Positions 61,012 to 64,000 of a stretch of 64,000 nt of DNA are shown piece by piece. Both the position numbers and the translations under genes were made by a program. The notes below the pieces were generated by a model that worked only from the letters and a program-made list of their open reading frames with translations, did no database searches and was not told the origin of the DNA. Within the stretch, counting starts at the first letter, position 1, and each line of letters begins with the position of its first letter. Source of the stretch: Burkholderiales bacterium (GTDB lineage: Bacteria > Pseudomonadota > Gammaproteobacteria > Burkholderiales > SG8-39); the NCBI GenBank assembly GCA_049802235.1, contig JBARMB010000107.1, forward strand, positions 103,874 to 167,873, written 5' to 3'.

Positions 61012-61371
61012 TCAGTCCCCGAACACCAGCATCCGGTCGGCCTGGATGCCGGACTCGATCAACTGGCCCAGCCCTGAAATGCGGAATCCCGGCGCGAGAA
61101 TCTCGTCCTTGATTCCGCGTCGCAGCGCCGCCGCGACGCACACCACCAGGTCGAGCCCGTGTTCCTGCGCCAGCTTTGACCAGCGGACGACGATGTTGCG
61201 GTCGTCATTCGGCGGCTCGGTGAGCCGCGTCGCGTTGTCGACCCCGTCGTGATAGAAGAACACGCGATGGATCTTGTGCCCCCTGGCCAGCGCCGCCTTG
61301 CAGAAGTGATAGGCGCTGTCCGAGGCCTGGTGGGTGTAAGGCCCTTCATTGACCAGGATACCGAAAATCAT
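61012..61371 (-). CDS. dsrE: DsrE, sulfur relay subunit with active-site Cys
   Basis: ATG 61371. The 119-aa protein has NEGPYTHQASDSAY, the VVCVAAALRRG active-site Cys region and a C-terminal FGD. This is the C-terminal part of a 430-aa run-on ORF. Confidence 0.88.
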   Translation of the reverse strand: MIFGILVNEGPYTHQASDSAYHFCKAALARGHKIHRVFFYHDGVDNATRLTEPPNDDRNIVVRWSKLAQEHGLDLVVCVAAALRRGIKDEILAPGFRISGLGQLIESGIQADRMLVFGD

Positions 61372-61385
61372 GCCGGATGATATTT

Positions 61386-62465
61386 CTAGAATCGGATATG
61401 CGTCGAGGCATTGAGACTGGCCCGCGCCCCGCGCCAGTCGTCGATGAGGTACTTGGTAAAGGTCAGCCCGGTCTTCTCGAAAAAGCGCGGCCAGCCGATC
61501 CGGTCGATCCAGTCGGACAGGCGCTCCCAGGGGCGCGCGTCCTCCTTGTAGACGTGCAGGATCTTCTTCACCACCTCGCCGACTTCGGGCCACCGGGGCG
61601 GATTGTTGGGCAGACCCGAAACGACCATTTTCATGAAGGTCGGCTTGGCGCGGGCGTTCGAATTCTTGCCGCCGACCCAGATCGCCAGCTTGGTATGCTC
61701 GGGATCGTTGATCTGCATCGGCGGGCAGGGCGGATAACAGGCGCCGCAGCACATGCATTTCTTCTCGTCGATTTCCAGCGACGGCTTGCCGTTCACCAGC
61801 GCCGGGCGGATCGCGGCGACCGGGCACCTGGCGACCACGGCCGGCCGCTCGCAGACGTTGGCGACCAGATCGTGGTTGATCTTGGGCGGCTTGGTGTGCT
61901 GCACGATGATGGCGATGTCGGCCTGGCCGCCGCAGTTGATCTCGCAGCACGAGGTGGACATGTGCACCCGGTTGGGCATCTCCTCGTGCCTGAACTCGTG
62001 ATAGAGCTCGTCCATCAGCGCCTTCACCACGCCCGAGGCATCGGTGCCGGGAATGTCGCAGTGCAGCCAGCCCTGCGTGTGCGCAATCATCGAAACCGAG
62101 TTGCCGGTGCCGCCGACGGGGAACCCGTTTTTCTCCAGGGCCTCGACCAGGGGAGCGACCTTTTTCTGCTCCGCGACCATGAACTCGATGTTGGAACGAA
62201 TGGTGAAGCGCACGTGTCCGTCGGCATACTGGTCGCCGATATCGCACAGCTTCCTGATGGTATAGACGTCCATCTGCCGCTGCGTGCCGGCGCGCACCGT
62301 CCATACTTCCTCGCCTGAATGCGATACATGATGCAGCACCCCCGGGCGCGGGCGGTCGTGGTACTTCCAGTTGCCGTAGTTCTTCAACAGGGTCGGATGC
62401 ATGTACTGCTTGTTGTCCGGGACCCCGGTTTCCTTGGCTCTACGCATCGGCTGGGCTTGCGCCAT
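61386..62465 (-). CDS. dsrB: dissimilatory sulfite reductase beta subunit (oxidative type)
   Basis: ATG 62465 (MAQAQPMRRAKETGVPDNKQYMHP...). Sirohaem/Fe-S Cys motifs and a ferredoxin insert (CMCCGACYPPCP) are present. Confidence 0.93.
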   Translation of the reverse strand: MAQAQPMRRAKETGVPDNKQYMHPTLLKNYGNWKYHDRPRPGVLHHVSHSGEEVWTVRAGTQRQMDVYTIRKLCDIGDQYADGHVRFTIRSNIEFMVAEQKKVAPLVEALEKNGFPVGGTGNSVSMIAHTQGWLHCDIPGTDASGVVKALMDELYHEFRHEEMPNRVHMSTSCCEINCGGQADIAIIVQHTKPPKINHDLVANVCERPAVVARCPVAAIRPALVNGKPSLEIDEKKCMCCGACYPPCPPMQINDPEHTKLAIWVGGKNSNARAKPTFMKMVVSGLPNNPPRWPEVGEVVKKILHVYKEDARPWERLSDWIDRIGWPRFFEKTGLTFTKYLIDDWRGARASLNASTHIRF

Positions 62466-62493
62466 GACTTGTCTCCAGGCTTCGTGACGCCGC

Positions 62494-63789
62494 TCAGGCG
62501 GCGACTTTCTTGGCGTTGATTTTCGCCACTTCCTCATCCCAGCCGTCGGTACGAACGTAGGGATTGGTGCGCGGGGCGGCCACCATGTTCGCATCCACTT
62601 CGAGGTCGATGCTCTCGAGGAAGTTCACCAGGCCGATGCGCTCGATCATTTCCCCGGTGCGCTCGTGCTCAAGGGCATTTTCCGCGAAGAAATCGACGAT
62701 CTTCTTGCCCAGTTCGACGAGCTTCGCGTAGTCCTCTTCCTTTTTGAGCGGCAAGAACGGCACCACCACGGTCCCCATCAGATCGCCGATCTTGAGCGTG
62801 CGCTTGCCGCCGACAAGAATCGTCGCCCCCTTGTCCTTGCCGGGGGCGAGCGCTCCGGTCATGACGTTGATGCAGTGCATGCAGCGCACGCAGTCGCGGT
62901 TCTCGATCTCCAGGGCGTGGGTATCGCTCACCGCGACCGAGGAAATGCTCTCGCTCTTCCCGAGCGTCTTGATCTCTTTCAACTGGATCGCCTTGGTCGG
63001 GCAGCGCGCGATGACGTCATTCACCAGCTCGTTCATGCCGTGCCTGGCAAACCATTTCCTGGCCAACGGCTCGTCGGTGCGCATGTTGTCGCGCCAGGTG
63101 CCGATGATCGCCATGTCGGAGCGCTGGATCGAATTCATGCAGTCGTTCGGACAGCCCGAGAACTTGAACTTGAACTTGTAGGGCAGTGCCGGACGGTGAA
63201 TATCGTCGAGGAATTCGTTGATCACCATGCGGTGCGCCTTGCCTTCGTCGTAGCAGGACTGCTCGCAGCGCGCCGCACCGACGCATGACATCGAGGTGCG
63301 CACGGCGGGCCCGGCGCCGCCAAGGTCGAAACCGGCTTCGTTGATCTCGTCGAACGCCTTCTGCACGTTCTCGGAAGTGGCGCCCTGGAACATGATGTCC
63401 CCTGACTGGCCGTGAAAGGCGATCAGGCCGGAGCCGTGCTTTTCCCAGATGTCGCAGAGCTTGCGCAGAATCTTTGTGTCGTAGTGCATACCGGCCGGGG
63501 GCATGACGCGCAAGGTGTGGAACTCGGCCGCGTCCTTGAACAGCGGCTGGCCGTCTTCGCCCTTGGCCTCGGTGAAGCGCGGGATGATGCCGCCGCCATA
63601 GCCGTAGACACCGACGGTGCCGCCTTTCCAGTAACCCTTCTTGGTCTCGTAGGAATGTTCCAGATGGCCGAGCAGGTCGACCATGTAATCCTTATCCTTG
63701 GCCAGACGCTTTAGGCCGGTCACGAAACTCGGCCACGGCCCTGTTTCGAGTGTGTCGAGCATGGGTGTGTCATGCGGCTTCTTCGCCAT
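62494..63789 (-). CDS. dsrA: dissimilatory sulfite reductase alpha subunit (oxidative type)
   Basis: ATG 63789 is preceded by AGGAGGA. The sequence TPMLDTLETGPWPSFVTG...YWKGGTVGVYGYGGGIIPRF is typical of DsrA. Confidence 0.93.
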   Translation of the reverse strand: MAKKPHDTPMLDTLETGPWPSFVTGLKRLAKDKDYMVDLLGHLEHSYETKKGYWKGGTVGVYGYGGGIIPRFTEAKGEDGQPLFKDAAEFHTLRVMPPAGMHYDTKILRKLCDIWEKHGSGLIAFHGQSGDIMFQGATSENVQKAFDEINEAGFDLGGAGPAVRTSMSCVGAARCEQSCYDEGKAHRMVINEFLDDIHRPALPYKFKFKFSGCPNDCMNSIQRSDMAIIGTWRDNMRTDEPLARKWFARHGMNELVNDVIARCPTKAIQLKEIKTLGKSESISSVAVSDTHALEIENRDCVRCMHCINVMTGALAPGKDKGATILVGGKRTLKIGDLMGTVVVPFLPLKKEEDYAKLVELGKKIVDFFAENALEHERTGEMIERIGLVNFLESIDLEVDANMVAAPRTNPYVRTDGWDEEVAKINAKKVAA

Positions 63790-64000
63790 CGCTTTTCCTC
63801 CTGTCCTGCGTAAATACATTTCCCCCAGGTTCGCCATGCTAAACGCCGCGGCAAGGGGTCGACCATTACTCGGGCAGGGAAGCGTGCCCCCCCTGATCGG
63901 GTAATGTCCTACCTACCCGAAAGGAGTATCAACCCTCATCCAAGGCGGTGATTTTCCGCCCGCCCCACGGGTGCCATAGTGCCCCGATTCAGGGGTGCGC

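Noticed and set aside
63871-63900. Shared GCGTGCCCCC string upstream of dsrA and in the dsrF-dsrH hairpin (60603..60612), as a possible repeated regulatory element
   Set aside because: Only about 10 nt are shared and the flanks differ. In GC-rich DNA this may be chance, and a genome-wide motif count would be needed.

Overview
This is a visibly GC-rich proteobacterial chromosome segment, probably from a beta- or gammaproteobacterial sulfur-oxidising chemolithotroph. It is almost fully coding. All calls come from reading the supplied translations and the DNA by eye; no homology search or RNA folding was run. Left to right, the window holds the following genes. Housekeeping: purD (3' part), hemF and an aldo/keto reductase, then a Pseudomonas-like block algZ-algR-hemC-hemD-hemX-hemY lying divergent to argH. 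Next come a Ser/Thr kinase fused to a cyclic-nucleotide-binding domain, a fructosamine-kinase-family gene, grxD, and hemA-prfA-prmC. The first NitT/TauT-type ABC operon follows, directly downstream of tRNA-Phe. After it come an MHS-type MFS transporter with a large inserted loop domain, its neighbouring OmpR/2CSK_N two-component pair, and groES-groEL with a perfect CIRCE operator. The second NitT/TauT-type ABC operon is paralogous to the first. It is followed by a CsoR/RcnR-family repressor divergent from an HMA-MFP-RND-DUF2892 operon. The remaining core genes are cbpA-cbpM, ubiA-SDR-ubiD, recG, ridA, a KimA-like APC transporter and tRNA-Ala. The right third is a sulfur-metabolism neighbourhood. 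It holds a DsrE-like gene coupled to a FadL/TodX-type outer-membrane channel, then DUF4202 with a GAF histidine kinase and a NarL-type regulator, and an oxidative-type dsr cluster dsrABEFHCMKLJOPN followed by a cobA-type methyltransferase. No CRISPR array, transposase, integrase or obvious defence island is visible. The most interesting candidates are: (1) the regulator/chaperone/pump/sulfur-membrane-protein combination at 30.4-35.7 kb; (2) the DsrE-like plus FadL-like operon beside dsr; (3) the kinase-CNB fusion; and (4) an SDR lacking its catalytic residues, packed tightly between ubiA and ubiD. All functional proposals are inference and need database and experimental confirmation.
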